From the NCBI GenBank assembly GCA_965202665.1, contig OZ241841.1:288001-352000 (forward strand): a DNA stretch of 64,000 nt, given 5' to 3'. Made by a program: the position numbers and the translations under genes. The first letter of the stretch is position 1; each line of letters starts with the position of its first letter. Shown piece by piece: positions 18,691 through 28,533 of the stretch. The notes under the pieces were generated by a model, which ran no database searches, had not been told where the DNA came from, and saw nothing but the letters and a program-made list of their open reading frames with translations. The DNA is from Candidatus Spongiisociaceae bacterium. Lineage in GTDB: Bacteria; Actinomycetota; Acidimicrobiia; Spongiisociales; Spongiisociaceae.

Positions 18691-19662
18691 TTATTCTATT
18701 GGTAAAAGACCGGATGTGGGATGACTCAGTCGACTGAGGGCTTTCTTTTCCAATTGCCGAATCCGTTCTCTTGTCAAACCATATTTGGAGCCTATTTGCT
18801 CAAGCGTATGACGTTTATTTCCGTTGAGAGCAAAACGGAGACTTAGAATCACTTGTTCCCGAGCAGGAAGGTTTTGAAATCTGGTCAGAAACGGTTGATC
18901 TAACATACTTTCTTCGATATAGCGAAGTTGATCCATCGAGCTAACCTCCTCTAAATAATCAACTAATCGATAAGTTTCTTGGAATATAGTTGGATTATCG
19001 GGATCGTCTATTTTGGGTTTGGAATCAAAGATTGGAGAAAGTTCATTAAGTATTTCATCCCATTTCACCATATCCTCCAAAGCATCTCGCATACGAAGAA
19101 TCTTGATCAAGGGCAATTCCAAATATTGACTCATCTGTTCCGGGGCTGGCGGTTCGCCAGTCACTTCATATCTATTGTTATATATTTTTTGATACTTATA
19201 CACCTCTTTCCAATTATGTACGGGGATGCGTATTGTGTGAGAATGATTTTGAATTTCCTGGGTTATAGCCTGCCGTATCCACCAAACAGCATAGGTTGAG
19301 AACTTGGTCCCCCTACGCCAATCCCATTTTTCCACCGCTCTGATCAAACCAAGGTTGCCCGCCTGTATTAAGTCAAGTAGTTCTATGCCGGAATCATCAA
19401 ATTTTCTTTGCGCCTGACTGACCACTAGCCGCAGATTAGCGGTCAAAAACCTGTTTTTAGCATCTCGCGCCCCCCGTCTTCTGCGGGCAACTTCCCGACA
19501 CGAGGGCTCATCAAGTATGATGACTCCTTTTTCCAACAGACGCTCCGTCCGTTGCGCCTTCTCCATGATTTTGGCTAACGCCACCTCCTCCTCGGCTGTC
19601 AGCAAATCGTGCTGTCGGACACTGGCCAGATAGGTTTCAAGCGGATCCAGATCAGCAGACAT
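18691..19662 (-). CDS. Second sigma-70 (RpoD-like) factor, low GC
   Basis: LLTAEEEV.LA, ANLRLVV, DLIQAGNLGLIRAVEK, FSTYAVWWIRQAI, TLEQIG...LTRERIRQ. Confidence 0.9.
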   Translation of the reverse strand: MSADLDPLETYLASVRQHDLLTAEEEVALAKIMEKAQRTERLLEKGVIILDEPSCREVARRRRGARDAKNRFLTANLRLVVSQAQRKFDDSGIELLDLIQAGNLGLIRAVEKWDWRRGTKFSTYAVWWIRQAITQEIQNHSHTIRIPVHNWKEVYKYQKIYNNRYEVTGEPPAPEQMSQYLELPLIKILRMRDALEDMVKWDEILNELSPIFDSKPKIDDPDNPTIFQETYRLVDYLEEVSSMDQLRYIEESMLDQPFLTRFQNLPAREQVILSLRFALNGNKRHTLEQIGSKYGLTRERIRQLEKKALSRLSHPTSGLLPIE

Positions 19663-19680
19663 CGGCCCTCCCGATAAACG

Positions 19681-20400
19681 CTATCCCGAGGCGGCGGTTA
19701 GGGAGGATAGGGGGGTTTCCAGGTGGTATTCCATGAACCGGCGGGCTATGCCGGCGGCGTCGGCGGAGGCGGGGCCGTCGCCTTCGGTCAGGTCCTCCAA
19801 GCGGGTTTCGGCCAGGCGGACCAGATGGCGGTCCAAGCCGGGGCGCAGGCGCACCGCCCCCGGCTTCTGGCATCGGCCGCACACCATCCCCCCGCCGGAC
19901 ACGCTGAACCGGCCCAGGGAATCCTCCCTCCCGCACTCGGCGCAGTTGCGCAAAGCCGGGGCCTGCCCCAGGGCGTCGGCCAACTGCAACAGGAAAGCGG
20001 CCATCAGGTCGTTGCCCCTGACGCCCCCCTCCAAAGCGGCCAGGCCCCGTTGCAGCAACAGAAACATCCGCAGGGACGGCTCGCCTTCCACCGTGGCCTT
20101 GTCCGCCGCCTCGGCCATGGCCCCCGCCGCCAGCACCGCCTCCAGTTCCAGGCGCAACCGGGGATGGGCCTCCACCACCGACGCCCCGGTGATGGTGTCC
20201 AGGTTGCGCCCCTCGTACAGCACCAGATCCACATGGGTGAGCGGCTCCAACCGGGCCCCAAAACGGCTTTTTGTTTTGCGCACCCCTTTGGCCACCGCCC
20301 GGATTTTCCCGTGATTGGGGGTGAGCAGCACCACCACCCGGTCGGCCTCCCCGAACGGATAGCCGCGCAACACGATCCCCTGGTCATTGCGCAACGACAT
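19681..20400 (-). CDS. recO: DNA repair protein RecO
   Basis: GIVLR...GEADRVV.LLT..HGK..AVAKGVRK.KSRFG; C-terminal Cys4 zinc site. Confidence 0.95.
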   Translation of the reverse strand: MSLRNDQGIVLRGYPFGEADRVVVLLTPNHGKIRAVAKGVRKTKSRFGARLEPLTHVDLVLYEGRNLDTITGASVVEAHPRLRLELEAVLAAGAMAEAADKATVEGEPSLRMFLLLQRGLAALEGGVRGNDLMAAFLLQLADALGQAPALRNCAECGREDSLGRFSVSGGGMVCGRCQKPGAVRLRPGLDRHLVRLAETRLEDLTEGDGPASADAAGIARRFMEYHLETPLSSLTAASG

Positions 20401-20475
20401 TCCGTCAGGCTACCCTCCGCCCCCGCCCAAAGCGCGGTTATCCCCCGGCCGGGAACGCCGGTAGAATAACCCCTC

Positions 20476-20754
20476 ATGACGCTCGACCGAGCCTCCCGGC
20501 AGGTTTTCCAAGCCGCCCACCCCGACTGGGCCGCGGATGGGGAAACCATCGCCCGCACCTTCGTCTTCCCCGACTTCGCGCAGGCGGTCGGGTTCGTCGC
20601 CGCGGTGGGGGTGCTGGCCGAAAAAGCCTTTCACCATCCCGACATCGACATCCGTTACAACCGGGTGACGCTGGCCCTCACCACCCACGACCAAGGCGGC
20701 CTGACCGAAAAAGACACCGCCCTGGCCGCCCAGATAGACCAACTCTTCCAGTAA
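20476..20754 (+). CDS. Pterin-4a-carbinolamine dehydratase
   Basis: HHPDIDIRYNRV.L.LTTHD.GGLTEKD; TAGAAT -10 just upstream. Confidence 0.92.
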   Translation: MTLDRASRQVFQAAHPDWAADGETIARTFVFPDFAQAVGFVAAVGVLAEKAFHHPDIDIRYNRVTLALTTHDQGGLTEKDTALAAQIDQLFQ

Positions 20755-20813
20755 CTTCCAACTTCCCCGAAAAACCGGGTCCGACCGGCAAGGTTCCACC
20801 CCGGGCCCTCCGA

Positions 20814-21764
20814 TTACAGGCCGAGCCGTTGAATAATCTCCGGACGGCTCTGCCAGTCCCGCTCCACTTTCACCCGCAAGTCCAGGAAAATCTTGCGGCC
20901 CAGGCGGGCCTCCAACTCCCGGCGGGCCAGAATCCCCGCTTCTTTCAACAACGACCCGCCGGCCCCGATGACGATCCCCTTCTGGGAGTTGCGCTCCACG
21001 TAGATCACCGCCCCCACCCGCAACAGGTTCCCGCCGCCCGCCTCCTCCAGCTCGGAAACCACCGCCACCGAATGGGGCAACTCCTCCCGCAACCGCCCCA
21101 GCAGCTTCTCCCGTATGATTTCGGAGACCATCACCTCCGGCGGCTGGTCGCTGACCTGCCCTTCCGGGAAAAAAGCCGGGCCGGCCGGCAAACGGGAAAC
21201 CACCTCGTCCGCCACCCGTTCCAGGCCGTCCCCGGTGCGGGCGGAGACCGGCACGTAGGCCCCGAAGTCCCACAGGGCGGCTTGCGCCAAACGCTCGGCC
21301 ACCTGTTCTTTGCCCGTCTTGTCCACCTTGTTGAGGACCGCCACCACCCCCTCCGGCGGGACCTCCTCCCGCAAACGGTCGGCGGTCATCCGATCCCCCG
21401 GTCCGATGGGGGCGGAGACGTCGAATACGGCCAAAACGCAGTCCGCTTCGGACAGGGCCCGGTACACGGCCTCGTTCAAACGTTTCCCCAAAGCGGTGCG
21501 GGGCTTGTGCAAGCCGGGGGTGTCCACCAGTATCGCCTGCGACGTCCGCGCCGCGGCCCCTCCCGCCCCACCCCCGTCCTGCTGGTAAAGGTTCATCACC
21601 CCCCGGGAGACGAAGCGAGTGGTCTGCGGACGCCGGGAGGTGATGGAAACTTTCTCGCCGACCAGGGCGTTGACCAGGGTGGATTTGCCCACGTTGGGGC
21701 GGCCCGCCACCACCGCCAGACCGGACTTGTGTTCCCCGCCCGGCCGGGTTTTATTTGCCGTCAA
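20814..21764 (-). CDS. era: GTPase Era
   Basis: GRPNVGKST, PQTTR, DTPG, NKVD, KH motif SQKGIVIG; TTG start inferred. Confidence 0.93.
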   Translation of the reverse strand: MTANKTRPGGEHKSGLAVVAGRPNVGKSTLVNALVGEKVSITSRRPQTTRFVSRGVMNLYQQDGGGAGGAAARTSQAILVDTPGLHKPRTALGKRLNEAVYRALSEADCVLAVFDVSAPIGPGDRMTADRLREEVPPEGVVAVLNKVDKTGKEQVAERLAQAALWDFGAYVPVSARTGDGLERVADEVVSRLPAGPAFFPEGQVSDQPPEVMVSEIIREKLLGRLREELPHSVAVVSELEEAGGGNLLRVGAVIYVERNSQKGIVIGAGGSLLKEAGILARRELEARLGRKIFLDLRVKVERDWQSRPEIIQRLGL

Positions 21765-22947
21765 CCGGCGGCTCCAAAACCTGCACCCGCACCCGCTCCA
21801 CCCGGCGCCCCTGCACCCGCTCGGAGGTGAGACGCGCCCCCCCGTATTCAAAACTTTCCCCGATGTTGGGCACCCGTCCGGCCAAACCGAGCACCAGCCC
21901 GCCCACCGTGTCCCACTCCTCGTCCGGGAGTTGGCCGCCGATCATCCGGTTCAGGTCGTCCACCGCGAACCGGGCGTCCACCAGGTAGGCCCCGTCCTCC
22001 AAAGTCTGCACCATGGGCGGTTCGTTGTCGTATTCATCCACGATCTCCCCCACCAGTTCCTCCAACAGGTCTTCGATGGTCACCAGCCCGGCGGTGCCTC
22101 CGAACTCGTCCACCGCCACCGCCATATGCACCTGCGAGGTTTGCATCTCGCGCAACAACCCCCGCACCGTTTTGGTTTCAGGCACGAAATGCACCGGGCG
22201 GATAATTTCCGGCAAAGGGGTGTCGGGCGAATATTCGCCCACCAGGCGCAACAGGTCTTTGGCGTACAGCAAACCGATGATGTCGTCCGCCCCTTCGCCG
22301 GTCACCGGGATCCGGGAAAAACCGCTCCCCACCGCCTGCTCGCGGGCTTCCCGCATGGTCAGGCCGGAGGACAGGGTGACCATGTCGGTGCGGGGCACCA
22401 TCACTTCCCGTACGATGGCGTCGGAGAATTCCAGCACCGAGGAAATCAGGCGTATTTCCTCCCGGTCGGCCTCGTCGTGGTCGTAATCCGGATGGGGCTC
22501 CGGCTCATCGTCTTCGTCGATGACCAGATCCACGGTGCGCCGGCCCACCGCTATGGCCGCCGTCAGCAGCCACCAAAACCAGTAGGCCACCCGTCGGGGA
22601 TGGCTACGGCCGAAAGTGCGGGGAAATAATTCCACTAAAGCCACCAAACCGGCCCCGAAAGCCAGCAGGGCGAAAGCCAAAGCCCATCCGCTGAACACCA
22701 TCACCGCCGCCCACACCGCCGGCATCACCGCCATAGCCAGCAACACGGAATGCACCAGGGAGATGGAGGGTTGGATGCTGGCCCGGTCTTCCAGCAACCG
22801 GGCTACCGCCGCCGCCCGCCGGTTGCCTTCGGCCGCGTCATGCAAAGCGTCCGCCCGGGGAGTGCGCACCAGCGACGCCCCCGCCGCCCGCAACGACCCG
22901 GCCGCGGCCACCATCACCCCGGTGATCGCCAGCGCTAAAAGTATCAT
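21751..22947 (-). CDS. Hemolysin/CorC-HlyC family protein (CBS pair)
   Basis: VREVMVPRTDM, FSRIPV, VDEFGGTAGLVTIEDLLEELVGEI. Confidence 0.92.
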   Translation of the reverse strand: MILLALAITGVMVAAAGSLRAAGASLVRTPRADALHDAAEGNRRAAAVARLLEDRASIQPSISLVHSVLLAMAVMPAVWAAVMVFSGWALAFALLAFGAGLVALVELFPRTFGRSHPRRVAYWFWWLLTAAIAVGRRTVDLVIDEDDEPEPHPDYDHDEADREEIRLISSVLEFSDAIVREVMVPRTDMVTLSSGLTMREAREQAVGSGFSRIPVTGEGADDIIGLLYAKDLLRLVGEYSPDTPLPEIIRPVHFVPETKTVRGLLREMQTSQVHMAVAVDEFGGTAGLVTIEDLLEELVGEIVDEYDNEPPMVQTLEDGAYLVDARFAVDDLNRMIGGQLPDEEWDTVGGLVLGLAGRVPNIGESFEYGGARLTSERVQGRRVERVRVQVLEPPVDGK

Positions 22948-23411
22948 TCCCGGACTCCGGCCAACCCCGCCTCGGAGAGGGCCTCCCGTTGCCGGTTTTC
23001 CATCCGCCGGGCCTGCCCGGACCGCTCATGGTCGTAACCGAGCAGGTGCAGGAGGCCGTGCGCCACCGTCAGTCCCAATTCGTATTCAGGGTCGGTTCCG
23101 CCGGCGGACGCCCGGCGGCGCACGTAGGCGGGGGCGGCGAACACGTCCCCCAGGTTGAGGGGGGCTCCGCCGGTGTCCGGCCATCCCCCGCCCGGTCGCA
23201 GGTTTTCTATAGGCAGGGACAGCACGTCGGTGGGGCCCTCCCGTCCCAGGTACCGGCGGTTGAGATCGGCCATCCGGCCGTCGTCTACGAAAAAAATTCC
23301 CACCTGGGCGTGGTCCGGCAGACCTTCCCGCTCCAACACCAACTCGGCCAGCTTCCTCAACCGGCCGGCCGGTAAAGGAACGTCCTGTTCGTCCGCTAAA
23401 TGAATGTCCAC
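22944..23411 (-). CDS. ybeY: rRNA maturation endoribonuclease YbeY
   Basis: LNRRY...GPTDVLS, HGLLHLLGYDH. Confidence 0.95.
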   Translation of the reverse strand: MDIHLADEQDVPLPAGRLRKLAELVLEREGLPDHAQVGIFFVDDGRMADLNRRYLGREGPTDVLSLPIENLRPGGGWPDTGGAPLNLGDVFAAPAYVRRRASAGGTDPEYELGLTVAHGLLHLLGYDHERSGQARRMENRQREALSEAGLAGVRE

Positions 23412-23462
23412 GAGTCCCGCCAGGCTAACAGAACCGCCCGTCTAAGAGAGCCCGGCCCGGTC

Positions 23463-26243
23463 TTACCAGTCATCGCCGCGGTTCTCATAGGCTGTTTCAT
23501 ACTCCCCCATCTCATACTCCCCGCTTTCATATGCGACCGGGGAACCATCTCCCTTGGGGAAGTTCGGATAGTCGATGCGCGGGTGGTAGTGGCCGCTGGC
23601 CAGCGCATCCACCATGGCTTCTTTGGCCGCCGTCAGATCGCCCAGCGTTAATTCGCTTTCCGACAGTTGCCCGTCGGACACTTTCACCCCCACCACCCGC
23701 TCCACCACATCGGCAATTTTCCCCACCGTGGGATCTTCCTTCTCGAACGTGGCCCGGCACGCCGCTTCCACCGAGTCGGCCATCATCACCAGGGCCATCT
23801 CTTTGCGCACCGGTTTGCTTCCAGTGTGGCGGTAATCCTCCACGTTAACCGCCTCCGCCCCGTACATTTCCACCGCCTTGTCGTAGAAGAAGTGCATCAC
23901 CCCGTCGCCGTGATGGGTGCGCACCGCCGCCGCCACCTCGGAGGGGATGCGGTAGCGCCGGGCCAGTTCCACCCCGTGTTCGACATGGCTTCTGATCACT
24001 TCGGCCGAGTGCTCGGGGGGCAGATCGTCATGCGGGTTGCGCTTCCCGTGCTGGTTTTCGATGAAATAATAGGGGGCGCGGGTTTTGCCCAAATCGTGAT
24101 AATAGGCGGCGGCCCGGGCCAGCAACGGGTCGGCCCCGATGGCCCGGGCGGCCCGGTCGGCCAGGGTGCCCACCAACAGCGAATGGTTGAAGGTGCCCGG
24201 GGCTTTCTCCTCCAACAGGCGCAGGGCGGGATGGTTGCGGTCGGTGAGGTCCAAAAGCCGCAGGGAAGTGGTCAGATCGAAGGCGATTTCCAAAAAGGAC
24301 AACAGGGCGCTGCCCAAAAGCCCGGACGCGAACCCGTTCAGGGCCCCGATGCCGATCACCGTCAGCAGATTGGCGTCCACTTGGAAAAACCAGGCTATGC
24401 CGCCCGCCAGCGCCCCCAGCATCACCACCATGTACAGCACCGCCATCCGCAACGCCCCCCGGGCGGATATGGCGGAGACGAAGAGCACCGGGACCAGGGT
24501 GGAAAGCAGGGCGAACAGGGCGTGGGCGGGGTCCAGGGTGGCGATGGCCGTCATGGAGCCGGTCGTCACCGCGAACAGGACCGCTATCCGGGCGTCGAAG
24601 AGGATGGCGGACATCAAACCGAAGGCGGCGGCCGGCACTAGGAAACCGAGGGCCGGGTTGGCGTCGGTGAACAGGGCCGCGCTGCGGGCGGAGAGGGCAA
24701 CCAGCACGATCAGCAACCCCACCAGGGACAGGCGGCGCAGCGAACCCCACACCGCCGGTCGGAAGCGCATCAAGTAGGCCCACAGCAACCCCACCACCAT
24801 CATCACCACCACCGCCAAGGCGATGTATCCGGGAGCGGCCAGCCCCAGGGCCCCCGCCGCCTGCAGCAACCGCATGTCTTCGTCGGTTATCTCCGCCCCC
24901 GCTTCCACGATTACCGTGCCCGCCTCGTATTCGATCATGGCCGGCTCCACCGCGTCGGACGCCTCCGCCCGCAACCGTTCGGTTTCCGCATCGTCCACCG
25001 TTTTGTTGGCCTGCAGCAGTTCGGTGGCCACCTGCGTCACCACCCCCGACACCGAGCGCCACATCTCCGGGTCGGCGTCGGGGAGTTGCACCAGCACGGT
25101 GCGCAGGCGGTAGTCCTGTTTCACATCGGACAGTTCCTCGTTGGCGATGCCCCCGTTTTGGGCCAAAGCCTCCCCGGCCAGGCGGGCCGTTTCCTGCTCC
25201 ACCAGATCCAACCAGGACTGCCGGCCCAGTATTTCCCGCAGCACGTCCCGTTCGGCCAAATCCACCAGCGTCACGATGGCGTCCTCCGGCAGCAGATGAC
25301 GGCCGGTGCGCAGGGTTTCCAACCGGGTCTGCCGGGGGGTGATCTGCATCCACAGGGGAAGGGGATCCAGGGCCAAGGTTCCGCCTTCGGGCAACTCCAC
25401 CGTCCGCAACAGACGGTCGGAGGTGGTAGTGAGCCGGTCGGGGACGGTGGAGGTGTCCACCAGCAAGGTGGCCGGACCGGGGGCCAGGCCGGTCAGGATG
25501 AAGGAGCCGCGGGGGGAGGTGTTGGCCGAATACTGGTCGCCGGCGGAGTCGTAGGCCACCAGCCGCACATCGCCCAGCCCGGCGTCCGGGTCTTCGTCGT
25601 AGGTCACGTTCAAGCCGACGTCCACGAACACCCTCCCGCTGATTCCCGACGATCGGACGATGTCGGGAATGGTGGGCCCCGGGGCCGGTTGCGCCTGTTC
25701 CGTTACGGGCGGGGCGGCGGGTTCCCCGCCCTCCCCGGCCGCGGTTGTTTCCGGCGCGCCTTCCTCGGGGGGTGTTTCCCCTTCCCCGGCCCCGGTCTCA
25801 TCGGGAGCGGCGCCCTCCGCCGAGTCATCAGCGGGGACGGAGGTCGTGGTGGCGGGCGCGGCGGTGGTAACGGGCGCGGTGGTGGGGGGGGCGAGGGTGG
25901 TGGAGGTGGTTACGACCGGCAGGGGTTGGGCGTCGGCCGGAACCGTGTCCTCTTTCACTCCCCGGAACAGGGACCGTATTTCCTCGATCACCAGCTGGTC
26001 CACGCTTTCGTCCCGCCGGTGGACGGGGGCTACGGCCGCCGCCGCTTCCGCCCGCAGCTGTTCCGTCCGCGCCTCGTCTTCGATGGAAAAGTCGTTTTCG
26101 GCTATGTAAGCCTCCGGGGCCCGTTGCCCGGCCTCGGCGGTGGTGAAACGCTGGCCGATCAGCAACGAGGCGCACGACAGGCCGGTCACCAGCAACAGCA
26201 ACAGCAACCGGACCAGGAAAGAGCGGGAGGCCATGGTTCTCAT
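23463..26243 (-). CDS. 7TM-HD (HDIG) phosphohydrolase, PgpH-like
   Basis: APGTFNHS, YYHDLGK, YFIENQ, HHG, MMADSVEAA; large extracellular domain; typical phoH-HD-ybeY context. Confidence 0.88.
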   Translation of the reverse strand: MRTMASRSFLVRLLLLLLVTGLSCASLLIGQRFTTAEAGQRAPEAYIAENDFSIEDEARTEQLRAEAAAAVAPVHRRDESVDQLVIEEIRSLFRGVKEDTVPADAQPLPVVTTSTTLAPPTTAPVTTAAPATTTSVPADDSAEGAAPDETGAGEGETPPEEGAPETTAAGEGGEPAAPPVTEQAQPAPGPTIPDIVRSSGISGRVFVDVGLNVTYDEDPDAGLGDVRLVAYDSAGDQYSANTSPRGSFILTGLAPGPATLLVDTSTVPDRLTTTSDRLLRTVELPEGGTLALDPLPLWMQITPRQTRLETLRTGRHLLPEDAIVTLVDLAERDVLREILGRQSWLDLVEQETARLAGEALAQNGGIANEELSDVKQDYRLRTVLVQLPDADPEMWRSVSGVVTQVATELLQANKTVDDAETERLRAEASDAVEPAMIEYEAGTVIVEAGAEITDEDMRLLQAAGALGLAAPGYIALAVVVMMVVGLLWAYLMRFRPAVWGSLRRLSLVGLLIVLVALSARSAALFTDANPALGFLVPAAAFGLMSAILFDARIAVLFAVTTGSMTAIATLDPAHALFALLSTLVPVLFVSAISARGALRMAVLYMVVMLGALAGGIAWFFQVDANLLTVIGIGALNGFASGLLGSALLSFLEIAFDLTTSLRLLDLTDRNHPALRLLEEKAPGTFNHSLLVGTLADRAARAIGADPLLARAAAYYHDLGKTRAPYYFIENQHGKRNPHDDLPPEHSAEVIRSHVEHGVELARRYRIPSEVAAAVRTHHGDGVMHFFYDKAVEMYGAEAVNVEDYRHTGSKPVRKEMALVMMADSVEAACRATFEKEDPTVGKIADVVERVVGVKVSDGQLSESELTLGDLTAAKEAMVDALASGHYHPRIDYPNFPKGDGSPVAYESGEYEMGEYETAYENRGDDW

Positions 26244-27247
26244 CGGCTTTTCTTTTTTCCGCCGACCCGTTCCGCCGCCTGGTAGGCCTCGATTATGGAG
26301 GCCACGATCCGGTGCCGCACCACGTCGGCGCTGGACAGGCGCACCACCGCCACATCCGGGATGGAAGCCAGAATGGACCCGGCGTGGTTGAGGCCGGAAC
26401 GGCGGTCGGGGGGGAGATCCACTTGCGTGTCGTCCCCGGTGATGACCATTTTCGAGTTGAAGCCCAGCCGGGTGAGGAACATTTTCATCTGGGCGGGGGA
26501 GGTGTTTTGGGCTTCGTCCAGAATGACCATGGCGTCGTTGAGGGTGCGCCCCCGCATATAGGCCAGGGGGGCGATTTCAATCTCCCCCCGCTCCATGCGC
26601 CGGGACACCTCCTCGGAACCCAGCATTTCATACAGGGCGTCGTACAGGGGGCGCAGATAAGGGTTGATTTTGGCTTCCAGATCGCCGGGCAGAAAACCCA
26701 GCCGCTCCCCCGCTTCCACCGCCGGACGGGTCAACACGATGCGCCGAACCGCTTCTCCCAGCAGGGACTCCACCGCCGCCGCCATCGCCAGATAGGTTTT
26801 GCCGGTGCCCGCCGGGCCGATGCCGAACACCAGGGTATGGTCGCGGATGGCGGAAACGTAACGGTGCTGGCCCACCGTTTTGGGGCGGATGAGTTTGCCG
26901 CGGCCCACCGCCACCGCCTCCCCCAGCACCCCGCTGGGCGAAGCCCCGGCGTCGTCGTTGATCATGGAAATCACCCGGCGCACCCCGTCTTCCTCCAAAG
27001 GGTGGCCTTGCTGCACCAAAAGGAGCATTTCCTCCACCGCCTTGTAGGCGCGGCGGGCCGGGTCTTCCCCGCCGCTGAACATCAACTGGTCGCCGCGGGC
27101 CACGATGTCCACTTCGGGAAAAGCCGATTCCAGGGCCCGTAAGTGGCGGTCGTGTTCGCCCAGCAAGTCGACCATCAAGCCGACGCTGGGAACGCGCAGG
27201 GAAAAACGGGACGCGGCCGGGGGCATCAGGGGAACCTGGGGAAGCAT
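26240..27247 (-). CDS. phoH: PhoH-family ATPase
   Basis: GPAGTGKTYLA, TRPAVEAGERLGFLPGD, APLAYMRGRTL, LDEAQN. Confidence 0.95.
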   Translation of the reverse strand: MLPQVPLMPPAASRFSLRVPSVGLMVDLLGEHDRHLRALESAFPEVDIVARGDQLMFSGGEDPARRAYKAVEEMLLLVQQGHPLEEDGVRRVISMINDDAGASPSGVLGEAVAVGRGKLIRPKTVGQHRYVSAIRDHTLVFGIGPAGTGKTYLAMAAAVESLLGEAVRRIVLTRPAVEAGERLGFLPGDLEAKINPYLRPLYDALYEMLGSEEVSRRMERGEIEIAPLAYMRGRTLNDAMVILDEAQNTSPAQMKMFLTRLGFNSKMVITGDDTQVDLPPDRRSGLNHAGSILASIPDVAVVRLSSADVVRHRIVASIIEAYQAAERVGGKKKSR

Positions 27248-27267
27248 AGGTTGGGATGTTCTGTAAG

Positions 27268-27304
27268 TTCCCTCTTAGTTATGGTCACTTCCCTCTTGAT
27301 TATA
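27268..27304 (-). promoter_or_regulatory. Duplicated -10/RBS-like module upstream of phoH
   Basis: ttccctcttagttat and ttccctcttgattat, period 21; TATAAT on the minus strand at 27299-27304. Confidence 0.55.
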
Positions 27305-27400
27305 ACCGGTTTGCGTTTCCCCTTGAAACATCAACCAACAACCGGCGACCGACAACGGGTTGCGTGGGCGAGGGGCGGGCGGAGGCGGTCGCTTACCCGG

Positions 27401-28480
27401 TCAGCCCAGCACCTGCTCGCCCCGGGCGTCGGCGTAGCGGCGCAGGATTTCTTTTTCCGACCGGCCCAGTTTGCGGGGGACATCCACTTCCACCTGCAGG
27501 AACATGTCCCCCCTTCCGCGCCGGCCCAACCGTCCGGTTCCTTCGCCCCGCAGCCGGATCATCTCCCCCGGCTGGGTTCCGGCGGGGAGGCGCACCTGCT
27601 CGGTTTTTCCCCCCAGCAGCGGTATCTCCACTTCCGTCCCCAGGGCGGCGGCGGCTATCCCGATTCGTATCTGATAGAACAGATCCGACCCCCGCCGGGT
27701 GAAAAGTTGGTGCGGGCGCACCGTCAGATCCACGTACAGATCGCCGGGGGCCGCCCCCCGCGCCCCATCCTCCCCTTTCCGTCCGATGCGCAGGCGGGTG
27801 CCGTCTTCCGCCCCGGGCGGGATTTCCACTTCCGTCTCCCGTATTCCTTCGGTTACCCCCGCCCCGGAACAGTCGGCGCACCGGTCTTCAATGACCGTGC
27901 CCGCGCCGGAGCAGTCCCGGCAGGCGGCGACCGTCATCATGGAACCGAAGATGCTTTGCCGGGCCACCCGCACCCGCCCCGCCCCGCCGCAGGCGGCGCA
28001 GGTGCGAATGTCGGAACCGGGGCGGGCCCCGGAACCGGAACAGGTTTCGCAGGACACGGCCGCCCGAAACTGCACTGAGCGTTGGCCGCCGAAGGCCGCC
28101 TCCTCCAGTTCCAAAGCCAGCGAAAGGCGGATGTCGCGGCCGCGGGAGCGGGCGCCCTCCCCGGTTCCCTCCCAGCCGGACCCGCCGAACATCCCCCCGT
28201 TCCCGAACACCGAACGCAGCAAATCGTCCAACGATCCCATGCCCGACCCGCCGAAAAGGCTGGAGAAGTCAAAGGTGTCCCCCCGGTCGTAACGGGCCCG
28301 CTTTTCCGGGTCGGACAGCACCTCGTAAGCTTCCGCAACCTTTCGAAACCGGGCTTCGGCGGCCGGGTCGTCCGGATGGGAATCAGGGTGGGTTTCCCGG
28401 GCCAGCTTGCGAAAAGCCCTTTTGATTTCATCCTGTTCGGCGGTGCGCGCCACCCCCAGAATCTCGTAGTAATCGGCCAT
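27401..28480 (-). CDS. dnaJ: Chaperone DnaJ
   Basis: DYYEILGV, HPD, four CxxCxGxG repeats. Confidence 0.96.
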   Translation of the reverse strand: MADYYEILGVARTAEQDEIKRAFRKLARETHPDSHPDDPAAEARFRKVAEAYEVLSDPEKRARYDRGDTFDFSSLFGGSGMGSLDDLLRSVFGNGGMFGGSGWEGTGEGARSRGRDIRLSLALELEEAAFGGQRSVQFRAAVSCETCSGSGARPGSDIRTCAACGGAGRVRVARQSIFGSMMTVAACRDCSGAGTVIEDRCADCSGAGVTEGIRETEVEIPPGAEDGTRLRIGRKGEDGARGAAPGDLYVDLTVRPHQLFTRRGSDLFYQIRIGIAAAALGTEVEIPLLGGKTEQVRLPAGTQPGEMIRLRGEGTGRLGRRGRGDMFLQVEVDVPRKLGRSEKEILRRYADARGEQVLG

Positions 28481-28533
28481 GGATATTTATTTACCCGGCG
28501 ACCCGGCTTCGGGAAAAATGCGCCGGGGGGGCA

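Noticed and set aside
25530-25555. YDSAGDQ peptide shared by the HD protein and SLH paralog 1
   Set aside because: Seven residues in unrelated contexts with no extended DNA similarity; probably coincidence.
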